Below, one piece after another: positions 34,230-47,340 of a DNA stretch of 64,000 bases; the stretch's first letter is position 1, and every line of letters begins with the position of its first letter. The DNA lies in NCBI RefSeq assembly GCF_963921235.1, contig NC_086097.1, forward strand, positions 8,742,001 to 8,806,000, read 5' to 3'. Below the pieces are notes generated by a model that saw only the letters and a list, made by a program, of their open reading frames with translations, was not told where the DNA came from and ran no database searches. This DNA is from Mobula hypostoma (lineage: Eukaryota). Position numbers and translations under genes: made by a program.

Positions 34230-35480
34230 TTATGGAGGCGGCACAACAGCACCTCTACTTCCTTAGAAGTCTGCAAAGATTTGGCATGTCATCTAAAACT
34301 TTGACCAACTTCTACAGACGTGTGGTGGAGAGCATTGTGACGGGCATTTGGTCCATAATGACGGACAAGGAAGCTCGTTAACTCAACAACTGTTTAATGT
34401 GATAAACACAAAGCAGACCAAGCACCATGGCCTGGAGAGTGAACCCAACCAGTCTCATACAGACGGGGGAGGTGACCATCACACACTCTGGATCCCACAA
34501 ATACAAAACCAAATAGCTGTATAACCCAAGCTAAAATGTTACATTAAATGAACTGGAACTTCCACCACCCCCCTCCATTATCCCACAAAAGCATTTTACC
34601 ACAGGAGCAATAAACAGTACTTGTCATTAGAAATGCAGGGGCGGGCTGTCAACCATCCCCCCAAGAGCGTCACAATATACTGATTGGTTGCATCATGGCC
34701 TGGAATGGAAACACTAATGCCATTGAACAGAAGAGTTATCAAAAAGAAATAGATACAGCTCAGTCCATCCCAGCTCCCCACCCTCCCCACCATTGAGCAC
34801 ATCTACATGGAGTGCACTCTCAGGAATGAGACATCCATCATCAAGGACCCCCACCACCCAGGTCATGCTCTCTTCTCACTGCTGCCATCAGGAAGAAGGC
34901 ACAGGAGCCTCAGAATCTGCATAACTAGAACAGTTATTACTCCTCAACCATCAGGCTCTTAAACCAAGGTGGATACTGAAGATTCAAGGACCAAGGTGGA
35001 TAACTTCACTGAACTCTTCCTTATGAACTGAAGTCTTCAAGGACTCCTCATCTTACTTTCTCAATATTTACTTTATATAATTATTAGTTTTTTTTGTTTC
35101 TTTTTGTATTTGTACAGATTTTTTTGCAGGTTGGTTGTATTCTGCCCTCTTGGGTGCAGTCTTCAGAATCAGAATCCTTTATTATCATTTACTTTCATTG
35201 ACTCCATTGTGTTTCTTGTATTTAGTGTGATTCCCTATGAGAAAATGAACCTCGGGAACGTATATGGTGACCTTCAAAGATTCAAAGGACATTTATTATC
35301 AAGGTATGGATGCAGTATACAACCCTGAGATTCATCTTCCCACAGACAGCCATGAAAGAAAGAAACACCATGGAACCCATTTAAAGAAATCATCAAACAC
35401 CCAACCCACAAAAAAAGAACAGAACATGCACACGGCAAAAAATATATACTTAGATAATAAATTTAATTTGGAATTTGAAA
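34230..35480 (+). mobile_element. Rex/Babar LINE 3' portion with nested insertions
   Basis: LYFLRSLQRFGMSSKTLTNFYRRVVES, then IIKDPHHPGHALFSLLPSGRR; 3'UTR to GATAATAAATTT. Confidence 0.75.
34336..34674. mobile_element. Solo LTR (Gypsy-like), 339 bp
   Basis: TGTGACG...CGTCACA ends cleanly interrupting the Rex sequence; imperfect 4 bp flanks GCAT/ATAT. Confidence 0.7.
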
Positions 35481-36289
35481 TTTGAGCATTTGTAATTGAT
35501 CCATAATAGTTCTTGAACTGAGAGCTTTGCATTTAGGAGTCAATTACTTTACTGCTGGTATATAATCGTATAGCGTGGAAACTGGCTCTTGGGCCCACTG
35601 AATAGATACTAACCACCTAGCATCCACGTACTCTAATGCTATACTGACTATATTATCATTCTCCCACATTCTCAGCTTCTCTTCCAAGGCTCTACCACTT
35701 GCCTTTCCAGTTGAAACAACTTACAATCATCATGTAACTTATCATCTATACCTTTTGCAATTATGTGTGAAGATCTGAGTAGTCAGAATGACTTCATTGG
35801 TTTCTAATCATCACATGTACCAATTTACAGTGAAAAGCTTGACTTGCCTACTGCTTTTACAGATCAAATCATTATACAGTGCATTGAGCTGGAAAACAAT
35901 ATCTGATTTGGAGGCCTCATTTGGTCAAGGTCAACCACAGATGTTGCATCCCAGCTGAGTAGACCAACATCCACATTGTGACAGAGACCAATAATTAATT
36001 CCTGAAATGGTATAGAGTACTTAAGTAGATTGGGCCAACTGTGTCTGGCGATCGAAAGTGATCGCATTGAGACATGAAAAATTTGGTAAATTAGATGCAG
36101 GGATAATGTTTCTACTGGTTTCTGTGTCACACACTCAAATAAAGGGCTAGACATTCAGAGTGCACAGAGTATAGAGAGGGGGTAGAGAGTGTGACACACA
36201 ACAACTTAAGACAGGACTAAAGAGATAATTGTGGTCTTTAGGAAAGTGCAGGCGGACCACTCCTCATGACACACAAATGCCCCCTTGGT

Positions 36290-36992
36290 GGAGAGAGTTA
36301 GGAGCACCCACTTTCTGGGAGAGCACATATTGGACGATCTCATCTGGACCCTCATGGCGACCTCTTTACTTAAGAAAGCACAGCCGCATCTCCAGTTCCT
36401 GAGGAGACTGACATGAGCGAGGCTTGCCCCCCCACCCCCATTTTAACCAGTTTTTACAGGAGCATCACCAAGAGTATTCTGACCAGCTGCATCACCGTTT
36501 GGTATGGGAACTACAAAGCATCTGACTGCAAGTCCCTACAAATGATTGTGAGGAGTCCTGAGAGGATTATCTGAGTCTCTCTTCCACCCATATCAGGTGT
36601 GCTGCATATGCACGGCCCTTGGCATTGTCAATGATCCCTCCCATCCGTCCAACAATCTTTTTGATCCCCTACTATTGGGCAGGAGGTACCATAACATTAG
36701 GATAAGGACTGTAAAGATGGAAACAGTTTCATCCCCCAGGATGTGAGACTACTGAACACCCTGCCACCACCCAGGTCTCACAGCGTATGAAATACCAGTA
36801 GCATCACTACAATTCTTACTTCATAAATTGTCTCATAAAAGCACCTTATTATGTATTTGTGGTAATGCTAATTTATGTGTTGTGTGTGTGAATTATACGT
36901 ACTGTGCTGTGCACCTTGGTCTGGAGAAGTGTTATTTCATTTGGTGATTTACACATGTAAGGTGGAATCGACAATAAACTTGAACTAGAACA
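36290..36992 (+). mobile_element. Rex/Babar LINE 3' fragment within decayed CR1 (~35990-37210)
   Basis: KKAQPHLQFLRRL, SILTSCITVWYGN, IVNDPSHPSNNLFDPL; AATAAACTTGAACTAGAAC tail; homologous to 46905-47340. Confidence 0.78.
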
Positions 36993-38939
36993 GAACAGAG
37001 ATGAGAAAAGAAATTACTTTATTCAGAAGGTAATGAGTCTTTCAAGCTATCTATGCAAGAGAGCTGTGGAGGTTCAGCTGCTGAGTATATTGAAAATAGA
37101 GATCAATAATTCTTTTGAATATTTATGACGGCAAGGGAGGTGGAGTGTAGAAAACTTGCTATGATCTTAGTGCAGGTGTTAGGGGCCGACTTACCCACTC
37201 CCGGTGTTAGCAGGTTTTTCTTATTGATGATAGCAGCCAGCTGGATTTTTTATAACAATCTTTTGCTTGAAGGAGACCATTAATGACTAAATTTTAATTC
37301 TAAATTTAATTAACTGAAATTAAATTCCCCAGCTGCTGAGACTGATTTTGATTCAAGCCCCCGATGACTAAACTGGAACCTCTGGATCGGCAGGACAGCA
37401 ACATAACCACTACTCTGAAATGCCTGTAGATTTGTGCGATGACAAGGCTCAGATGGTATTAGATTGCTAAAAGTCTTGGCAGCGTACAGCACTCAGAGAG
37501 AGCAGAGAGCAAGCTGTGCCATCAATTTACGTAAATAGATAATCGCCTGTCTATCATTTCCAATCCAGCTCTCTTGACAATGGTTCCTTTAGTGTCAATA
37601 TGGTGTCCATCATTACAAGATGAAATGTTTCACTTGACTAGATGCAGGTCCTTGTCATATTAAACACTGTGGGTATTTGTAACGTGAAATGAAAATTCTG
37701 CTGCTCGTGTGACCAGTGCCAAACCTTGGCTCCTTAATTAGCTTCAGATGTTTGAAATGGGCTGAAAATGCTTGTTGAGTGATAATTGGTGTTAGTATTA
37801 AGACCACTCAACATTTATTTATATCGTGACCCTTAAGAATTGTTGTGCATCTGCAAGGATTTCAAAACTGATGTATTTTCAATTTTTTTTAAATGCTTAC
37901 TATTCAAATCAATTCCAAATTGCAGGCAAAGTGATGGCACTGTCAGAAATTCCGTCTGAAGTTTAGCACTTCATTTGAATGCTTGTCAGATGTTATCCTG
38001 ATAACTTCAGATTCTCTTCACTACCCTGTCATTCAAATAAGCTAAAAGGTTAAGGGTCCAACCACACATGTGCAATTGGCTTCTTCCTCTAATGCTTGTT
38101 TTCAGAGCTCTATCCAGTCATTACTTAACATGCCATTCCATGCCACATTGGCTCTCGGAGCTAAAGTTAATTAGAATCACAGCTTCAGAGAGCACGGCTT
38201 CAGAGAAAATGTCATAACCTTAATCTTAATTGCTGAATATATGTTACTTTGGTACCTGCACTTTGAACTCAGTTGTGCATTTGTAAAAGACAGAAATATT
38301 AAGGTGATTGTCAATGACCAAAGTAACTAAGCTCGTCTTTATTAACTGAAAACTCACTGGAACTCCACAGACTCCCTATTTTAAGTGCTGACTGTTGTAA
38401 TTGAACAAAGTCACCGAAGAGATGTCACTGGTAAATAAAAAAGTCTTTTATTCAACAAAATGAGATGCTCTCTGAAGGACAAGGCCTGATCGATCCAATC
38501 CTACATGACATTTTATATTTACAATGTACCTACAATGCTTCCTTTGAATTACATAAAACATCCACACCTCCTTCTTCACACCCACACCTCCTTCTTCACA
38601 CCCACACCCCAAACAGCCAAAAATGAATGTTAATCAGCATTGCCTGGTTTTTCAATTAACTGCTGTCCACAGTTCTAGGAACCTATTGTCCAGAGCTGGA
38701 TTTTAAATTTAATCTACAGTCCATGTTCAAGCCTAAAGATTGGTTGCTGAAGTTAATATTTTGCTATAAACATTAAGTCCAGAGTATGCCCTAACTTTCA
38801 CCATCAGCCCCCTAAAATTAACACTTTTTATTAATCTTGAAATTCACTTGTTAATGTTAAGTTCATCATTTTTATTGAGCACATAAAGTAGTTACCACTG
38901 ACAAAATTCAAAAATGTGGGAAATATTAAACGATATATG

Positions 38940-39075
38940 TTTCTGATGAGTTTTGGAATAAGCCCAAAACATCGACTGTTCATTCCAGTCCATAGATGCT
39001 GCCTGACCTGCTGAGTTCCTTCAGCATTTTGTGTGTGTTACTCTGGATTTCTGCATCTGTACAATCTCTTGCATT
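38940..39075 (+). mobile_element. PLE terminal repeat with decayed hammerhead
   Basis: CTGATGA...GCCCAAAACATCGACT followed by CATAGATGCTGCCTGACCTGCTGAGTTCC. Confidence 0.7.
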
Positions 39076-40149
39076 GATGGTAGAAATTCATTGTGCTGAA
39101 AATGCATTTGCCGAAACTGGTCCTTCATTCTCTGCTTTCAAAATTCCGTTCCATTAAATGCTGAGAAAGCTGAAACTTGGAAATGAATTTCATGCTGTGC
39201 CACTGAAATGGGGCACATCAGGCTTGATATAAATTTTGTTACACTATCTCATGGTCACAGTTACACCCAGTGACTCCATGTCAAGAAATTGGCCAGAGGG
39301 ACAATGCTGTTGACAATATTTTTTTGAGTTTTCTTCTGAGCCTCAGGTTGTACTCTGAAAGCACTGGGACCCTCAGACCAAGAATTGAACTCTTTGCAAT
39401 TGCAAAGGTGCATTTCATTGCTAGTCAGGAACAGGTCTAATGCTTCTTTCTAGCAAAGATAACATGCTTCTTTGCAACAGCCATAGCTGCAGAATAGTAG
39501 GAGACAAAGAATTCCCATCACTGTTAAGATTCAAGATGGTTCAATGTAATTTCCAGTTCACAAAACAAAATAGTTGTTATGTTGGATCCAGTGCAGCACA
39601 AAGCACAATAAGATAAGGAATAAAATAATAAAGAAGCAATAAATATAAATACATAAAATAGCTTATATAAATAGATTGATGGCATGTCCACGAAGTGACA
39701 GCTGGCACAGGGGTGTACAGACACAGCTGTAAACCTTCCAGCTTCACTTATGAAGGCAGACCCGCTGCTCATACTCCCAACGCAGGGCAAAGGTATGATC
39801 AGCACACATGTATTAAACCCCGTGTCCCCCATTGTGAACAAGCTAGCATTCCCTTCCAGATAGAGTGAGGGAGTGAGAAACTGTGACAATGGCAACAACC
39901 AGTTTGAGATCTGGATGAGCTAATGTCAGGTCAAGATCATGCCGAGAATCGAGTCAGGAAATTTTACCTTGGCATATGCAAGGCAGTCGAGAGTATGTTG
40001 AAACAGCAGGAAACATGAATACATGGTGTCTCTGTGCAAAGCACTTTCTCTGTAGGAGAACCACAAACCAGTATTCCACTGGACTAACAACTGTGAGCAG
40101 TGCTGCCAGCTGTGCTGTAGGGCAAACTATATGCAATATACACAGTACA

Positions 40150-40725
40150 TTGACATAGGAGAATACAGCACAGGAACAGACTCCTCGATGTACAATGCTG
40201 TGCCGAACCAGTTAAGTTCATAATTAGCTAAACTAATCCACTCTGCCTACACACTCTCCATATCCTTCCATACTCCTCACAGTCATGTGCCTATCTAAAC
40301 ATCTTTTAAAAGTCTTGAATGTATCGGTTTCTATCACCACCCCATGGTTCAAAGTTCAAAGTTCAATGTGCATTTATTATCAAAGTATGTATATGTTATA
40401 CAACTTTGAGATTAGTCTCCTTACAGGCAGCCCACAAAACTAAGAGATGCAGATGAGCCCCAAACAATAAAAGTAAGCAAAAAACATTCAGAACAAAACT
40501 GAGTCAACAGTCACAAAGTCCGGCGCAGCCAGAGCAGGTAGAGAATTCTAGTCACCCAGCACTCTCTATGTAAAATATCTTGTCCCTCATACCTCTTTTG
40601 AAATTACCACCTCCCACCTCAAATGCATGCCCCTTGGTATAGACATTTCAACCCCAAGAAAAGGATACTGTCTGTCTACTCTGTCTATGCCTCTCATAAT
40701 CTTATCAGATCTCCCTCAGCCTCTG
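40150..40725 (-). mobile_element. Decayed CR1 3' end with a Rex-type 3'UTR inserted at ~40347-40540
   Basis: CR1 3'UTR reverse complement; (GTTCAAA)n tail of insert. Confidence 0.6.
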
Positions 40726-41128
40726 CCACTGGAGCTGTGAACAAGCCCTCTAGGAAAAAGAACATCTTCCCTTCCCATACTATGTATCTAGCTGAGAATG
40801 AGCCTGGCCAACATGAAGAAGGTTCAGCCAGAGACAGAGATGGTGGAAGAGATCCCACAGAGAAATCACCTGAGGAAAGACCTGGGATCACCTGAGGAAG
40901 AGATCCCACAGAGAAATCACCTGAGAATGAAGAGGAAGAAAGTGCAGAAAGAGCCATCCAAAAGCCAAGCAACCTCAGACAACTGCAAGATGAGTAGGGA
41001 AAAATGAGAGATTTCCCTGATAGAAATCAGTAGCTTTTGTTCACCAGAATATCAAGGGTCACAAGGAAAAGGAGTGCCAAAATAGAAGGGTTAGAAAGAA
41101 GGAAGACAATAAACCCAGTTCAATTACT

Positions 41129-41625
41129 AACACAAGAGATCCTACAGGTGCTGGAAGTCCAGGGCAATGCACACAAAATACTGGAGGAACTCAGCAGGTC
41201 AGGCAGTATCTATGGAAATGAATGAACAGTGGATGTTTCAGGCTGAGACCCTTCATCAGGCTTGGAAAGGAAGTGGGAGGGTGCCAGAATAAATAGATGG
41301 TGGGAGGGGAAGGAGGTTGGCTGGAAGGTGTATAGCTGAAACCAGGTGGGTAGGAAATGTAGAGAGAAGGAGAGGAAGGAATCTGATAGGAGCAATGAGA
41401 AGACCATAGGAGAAAGAGAAGGAAGAGGGTCATCAGTCGGAGGTGACAGGCAGGTGAGAAGAGGTAAGAGCCAGAGCGGGGAACAGAAGAAGGACAGGGG
41501 GTGGGGGGGAGAGAATTTGTTTTTTACCAGAAGGAGAAACAGATATACAAGCCATTAGGTTGGAGGCTGCACAGATGGAATATATGGTGTTTCTCCTCAC
41601 CAAGTGTGGCCTCATCTTGGCACAA
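41129..41625 (-). mobile_element. PLE 3' end with hammerhead core (41228-41263) and GIY-YIG C-terminus
   Basis: Reverse complement CTGATGA-agggtctcagcct-GAAA-CA-TC; HHIFHLCSLQPNGL remnant at 41550-41595. Confidence 0.8.
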
Positions 41626-42124
41626 TACTAATCAGTGCAATGTTTTCCATAAACATCATGTGCAACTCTAAAGCAATGCTGTAATATTGGTCACTGCGCT
41701 ACATTGGTACAGAACCTTCGGAACAATTTATCCTTCTTGTGTAAAAGTCCTTGTAATGAGTCTAATTCTCAGTCAGCCAATATAACACCTAACTGCCAAT
41801 GGTAAATCTTTCCTTCCATTGTCACTTAAGCCACGTTATGCCAATTAGAGGATCGTTATCTGCAGAAATCAACTGGATTTGTCCTCTTCCAAAGGCAGAA
41901 GGGTAGCTGGCAGACCTTGCAACACTTCCATGTGTCAAACTGCAGTGAGAATGTTCTCTGTTAATATCTTACGACCATAGAAACCTGGAAACAGCAAACC
42001 TAGGCCCTTTTTGAGGAGGAAGTTGGGTGGTTTCTTACAGCTGTCTAAGGCAGATACTAAGTGCCAAGTATCTGCTAACAAAGGGTCAAAGTTGGTTTTA
42101 TAACTTGAACTAGATACCCCTTCC

Positions 42125-42530
42125 TGGTGGTTGTCCATTGTGTCCAGCAATGACAAGAAACCTGTGCAGAAGAGTACTAAAGTGGAATAGCCATGGCACT
42201 GAGGTAGTTCACACTCTCGACCTCCGAAGTCTGAGTCTATTTGTAAGAGCAAGTATCATAACTGGGGTCTTTCCTCACCCTGTGCCTCGTCATGCCCTTC
42301 GCTCGCCATGGAACGTCCTAGAACTCCCTTCCTGGCCACTGGATCTCACAGTAGATCTTATCCACCTAGTCCATCAGAGCTGATTTCTCATGTTAGGATA
42401 GGCATGTCTCTATCTCACCAGGGTATGAGACCAACAGGTCCCTTCATCAGGTTTAGCCGACCTGTTGAAGGGTTGTATCGGGATGTGGCCACTGTTGTAT
42501 ACAAACAGCTATCTGGAGTGACAGGTGATC
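42125..42530 (-). mobile_element. ~450-500 bp non-coding interspersed repeat (three copies, probably RTE-derived)
   Basis: Reverse-complement homology to 52415-52895 and 63335-63830. Confidence 0.6.
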
Positions 42531-42747
42531 ATTGCTCTCTTGAAAATGTTGATTTTATTTATTTATTTATTGAGGTACAGTGCAGAATAGATCCTTTCAG
42601 CCCTTCGCGCCACACCACCCAGCAGTAGCTCTCCGTTTCTTTCCGGGCTGTTGTATTGTGGTGAGCTGATATCTATCTTGTTGATGAAAGGCAGCATCTC
42701 TCAGACACCTCCGCTTATCAACCCCTTGAAGAGGATCCCACTCCAGA

Positions 42748-43164
42748 ATCCTTCTCTAATTATTGTCACCTTGTCGCGGTGGAGAAGCTTGTGTGGTCCT
42801 GTGATCCTGAGAGCGATGCCGTCTGGAGCTATATTCCTGGTAGGGTCACCCATGGCGGTAAGGTCGAGGGTGAGGTCCCTGACAAAGAACAATCCAACCA
42901 AGACCTCAACGGTGGAACAGGCGGACAAAGTTACTTCGAACTCAACGGCTGTGAAGGCGGATGAAGGCTGCAACAAATCCATCAGCTCCAATCGTTGTGG
43001 TTTCCATGCCATTGGAATCAGTTGGTTGATTTGTGAAGTATCGTGTGCTTCTTGGAGTGCAACATCAAGTATACATTAAACAAATACATGTAGAGCCGTC
43101 TTCACTCTGTGGGCCACTTCTTCAGAACGAAGACCATCATCCTCGATCTCGAGGAATAGCCATG
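42748..43164 (+). mobile_element. RTE (Rex3/Expander-like) derived non-autonomous element, 417 bp
   Basis: Perfect 8 bp TSD ACTCCAGA (42740-42747 / 43165-43172); 5' part CACCTTGTCGCGGTGGAG...CCTGGTAGGGTCACCCATGGC resembles the RTE 5'UTR; shares motifs with 61655-61941. Confidence 0.75.
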
Positions 43165-43483
43165 ACTCCAGATAATCAAAAATTTGTCTTTGACACCAAC
43201 ACTGACCTCATCAACTCTGCAGAACTTCCATCCACTACTACCAAACTCATATCTCCCTTAACCTGCACTGCTTGCTTTTACTTCTTATCCAAGAATCAAA
43301 CACCTGACTGTTTGAGTAGGCCTATTGTCTCTACCTGCACCTGTCCCACTGAACTCATGTCCTTATACCTCATCTCCATTCTGTCCCCCTTAGTTCTGTC
43401 CCTTCCGACCTACATCCGTGACACTTCACATGCTCACGATCTCCCCAACACTTTCCCTTCCTTGGCCCTGCCTGACCACCTCA

Positions 43484-44171
43484 TTTTAGATTATGAGAAC
43501 ACTCAGTCCTCTTTTATTGTCATTTAGAAATTCATACATGCATTAAGGAATGATACAATGTCTCTCCGGAGTGATATCACAGAAAACAGGACAAACCAAA
43601 GACTAAGACTGACAGAACCACATAATTATAACATATAGGTACAACAGTGCAAAGTAATACCATAATTTGATGAAGAACAAACCATGGGCACGGTAAAAAA
43701 AAGTTCTCAAAATCCCCGAGTCGTTCGACTCCCGAGTCCCCGATAGCAGGCGGCAAAAGGGAGAAACTCCCTGCCATAAACCTCCAGGCACCGTCAACTT
43801 GCCGATGCCTTGGAAGCAGCCGACCACAGCCGACACTGAGTCCGTCCATCCGAAAACTTCAAGCTTCCAACCAGTCCCTCCGATACAGCCTCCTGAGCGC
43901 CATCCTCTGCCGAGCGCCTTTGACTTAGCCCCGGCCGCTGAAACAAGCAAAGCCGAGGATTCGGGGCATTCTGCTCCGGTGATTCCAGTTACCACACAGT
44001 AGCAGTGGCAGCGAAGCAGGCATTTCAGAAGTTTTCCAGATGTTCCTCCATACTCTCATGTCCGCCTCCATCAAATCAGAATTGTGCACGGTCCCCTACT
44101 TGACAGATTACAGATATCATTCACCAGAGAGGCCACGCGTGCTGCCGTCGCGCCGCCATCTTCTCCTCCTC
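43484..44171 (-). mobile_element. Second copy of the ~650-690 bp non-coding retroposon
   Basis: End-to-end homology with 27314-27957; interrupts the PLE RT frame. Confidence 0.8.
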
Positions 44172-45080
44172 CATGAATATACAGTCCCTATACACTTCTA
44201 TTCCCTATCAAGAAGGCCTGAATGCTTTCTGCTTCTTTCTCAGCAAAAGTCCCACCAATCCCTCTCCACCACCACCCTCCTCCACCTGGTAGAACTGGTC
44301 CTCATATCAACAATTTCTCCTTCGGCTCCTCCTACTTTCTCCAGAATCAAGGAGTGGTAGCCACGGGCCCCAGCTATGCCTGCCTTTCCATTGGCTATGT
44401 AGAACAATCCATGTTCCAAACCTTCCCTCGTAATGCTCCCAACTCTTCGCTATATTGACAACTGCATTTTCAGGTGTTACTCTGGATTTCCAGCATCTGC
44501 AGAATCTCTTGTGTTTATTGTTTCTTCACAAAAAACAAATTTAAATATAGCAATAGACAGCCACTTAATTATTGTATTAGAGATATTGAAAGAGTACATA
44601 TTACTGTAAACTATGAATATCTGATAAAAGTAATTTTGAATCAAAGTCGTCGTGGAAAATATCATTCTAAAACATATTGGGTAACTTTCATAAGTTAAAA
44701 GTTTGAAATAATGGTCTTTGCCAGGATGACAGAATTGATCAGTATCATTTTATAATAAAACTAAAAAGACTTCTGGAATTCTATGCATGGTCACAGTTAC
44801 AATGAAATGCTCTTCCAAAGATGTATAAAAATTCCCAGATTATAGATCAATTATTTTCATTTAAAGAATTTCAGTTTATTGTACGAGTGATTGTTTAATG
44901 TTGGACTATGAACCAAAATGAGAGTTTCCTCACAAAAAATATGGATGTACTGTATATTCAACATATTTTTAATGCATGACCATAATATATTTCAAAAAGA
45001 TCACTTCTCAGTTAAATGAATTTTATCACATAGAGGCTAACTTGATAATTTCTTCTTCATAAAACAACCCCAGTGTTGTA

Positions 45081-45976
45081 CACGTTGAGTACCTCTTATT
45101 GGAAATGCTTGTGGCCAGAGGCTTAAGATCATCATCACTTCCAACTGAATTTAGGGTATGTGCTTCTGGTAAGCATTCTTTGTCTTACGCTTGTTCATCA
45201 TACATATGTACTTAACAATAAAAATTATTACATGGCATTAATGTAATGAAAATATAATGTGTGCAGTGTAACAAAGGCAGCACAACAGCATCAGGAGAAT
45301 ACCTGAATCAGCTGTTGAACAACAACCAATAATGGCAGGCTTTCAGTCTCCACCTATGATGCTGCATTTTGATGGTTACAGTACTCTATATTTGTATTTT
45401 GCTTGTTTATAGATTTTATGTAAAGGATAAAAATAATCAGCATTGTAAACTTGTTCTGGTATTAAATTTTCTTCAACGACGACCTGAGCAAACACTTCCA
45501 AAGAATTTCTCTCCTGCTTCATGACCAGAAGACACTTTATCACCACAAATCTTTAAATACTTAATGCCATGCCTCTTCTTAAATTTCTGCAACCTATCTG
45601 CTGAATATTCACAACTATCTTCAATTTTCAATCTGTCGAAATAAAGCTTTGCTTCTTTGATGATCAGCATACTGTGAAACAGCATATGATCATTTTGACT
45701 GATGAATCCACTCTTTTCATACACAGTCCAGATCTTCATTTTTTGTTTAATGCAATGTTTTTCCATTTTTCATTAATTTCCTTTCATTACATACGTGAGA
45801 TCACTTTTCAGAACCATCTGTAGTGTACAGAGACCTGCACCTGCATATCAACCCTGAATCTTCCCAGTGCCTTGTGGAATTTTCCACTTGTGACATCATG
45901 TTAATGCTTCAAAAAACAATTTTGGATTTCGAAGGCTTTTGGATTTTGGATTTTCGGAAAAGGGGTACTCAATGTG
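45081..45976 (-). mobile_element. Internally deleted Tigger/pogo element (CENP-B/Jerky-like HTH remnant)
   Basis: TIRs CAC(G/A)TTGAGTACC, preceded by TA at left; ORF 45473-45766 AKLYFDRLKIE..CEYS..LQKFKKRHGI..LKICGDK. Confidence 0.8.
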
Positions 45977-46904
45977 ACTTGTGAAGAACAGCAAGTAATC
46001 CCTCTTTAAATAAGGAGCCCAAAAATGTATGCATTGCTTCAGCTATGGTCTCACCATATCTTGTAGATTGTAGCAATGCTGCCCTACTTTTACATTTCTG
46101 TACAGAGAACTTTAATCTGGCAGGATACAATCAATCTTTTTTTTTGAAATTCAAGGCTGCTTGCAAAAGTGATGTGAAAATATTTGAAATGACTGTGGAG
46201 GTTGGGAAGGAATAGTTGACTGAAAGAACCCAGATGGTGGTAAACAATTTGCAAACAACTACAAAGAGTGACAATGAACTCATCGAATTCATCGGAAGCA
46301 AAGGCATTTCATGAAGTGTCAATTCTCTCAACAAGATTCAGGGGGAAAAGTATGTTTGTGACAGCTATCCAGAGATCTATTTATCCCATATTGAATGCTG
46401 TTTTCAAACTCGATTATCTACTTAAACAGATGGAGGCCCACAACCGATCAATAGACTGGATTTCACATTGTTTCCATTTTCCTAAATGCCAATAGATGGG
46501 AAGTGGGCAAGACTCAGTTCACTTGATAAGATCATTTTTACTTGATTGTATTTAAATAAAATATTGTTTTTAACCATAAACAACAAAGTCCTTATGGAAG
46601 ACAAGCTTTTGTTCAATCAGTGCTTCACTGTTGGATAATACTACCAAAAATAACCTGAAATATTTATTTTTACTCAACAAAACACTATATAATCAAAGAG
46701 GATGCATCCAGCATTATAAATAGCAGCATAATTAAGCAAATTAATTTTAAAATTGCCACGACAGTGAAGGGTGCAAACAATTTAAGAGTACGTTGTCTCA
46801 GCATGGGGTTGAAAACTATTTTGAGTATTTCATGGTGTCACGGGAAAAGAAGTTCAGTTCCCATAGGGAGTTTATAACTCACAACAGAGAATCCCACAGG
46901 CAAG

Positions 46905-47340
46905 TTCACGTTCATATTTATTGTCATCCAGCAGTATACACGTAACCACCCCAGGACCAAGTTGCACAACATACTACAAATAACTCACATAAACACATAA
47001 AGTAATATTACCACAAAACAATTAAAAAGTAATAAAATATATTGCAGAAAACTGACATTTAGCATAAAGTGCATTGAAAAAGCAAGCAGTATAACACTAC
47101 TGGTGCTTCATACTTGAAGGGACCAGGGTGGTGGCAGGAAGCTCAATAGATCTGTGGTCTGTAAGTAGAAGCTGTTTCTCAGCCCAACAGTTCCTGTCCT
47201 AATGCTACAGAACCTCCTTCCTGATGGTAGGGGGTTAAAGAGATTGTTGGATGGATGGGAGAGATCATTGACAATGCTAAGGACCCTGCATATTGGGGGC
47301 ATCAGATAAGCATCTCAGATAGGTGGGAGAGAGACCCCAA
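46905..47340 (-). mobile_element. Rex/Babar LINE 3' end
   Basis: ORF 47108-47302 IVNDLSHPSNNLFNPLPSGRRF..LRNSFY. Confidence 0.75.

Larger units (their letters stand above)
42645..44517 (+). mobile_element. Penelope-like reverse transcriptase remnant, interrupted twice
   Basis: After removing inserts: AVVLW*ADIYL..RQHLSDTSAYQPLEEDPT, FYFLSK..TPDCLSRPIVS, LPTYIRDT, MNIQSLYTSIP, NNFSF..YFLQNQGV..GPSYACL, RYIDN; then PLE terminal repeat tail at 44474-44517. Confidence 0.88.

Noticed and set aside
38393..38824. Possible solo LTR with a 20 bp tandem duplication (CCACACCTCCTTCTTCACAC x2)
   Set aside because: TG...CA ends and minus-strand AATAAA are suggestive, but no TSD and no second copy; insufficient to call.
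45473..45766. Domesticated JRKL/TIGD-like host gene
   Set aside because: Fragmentary and flanked by TIRs; a decayed transposon rather than a host gene.
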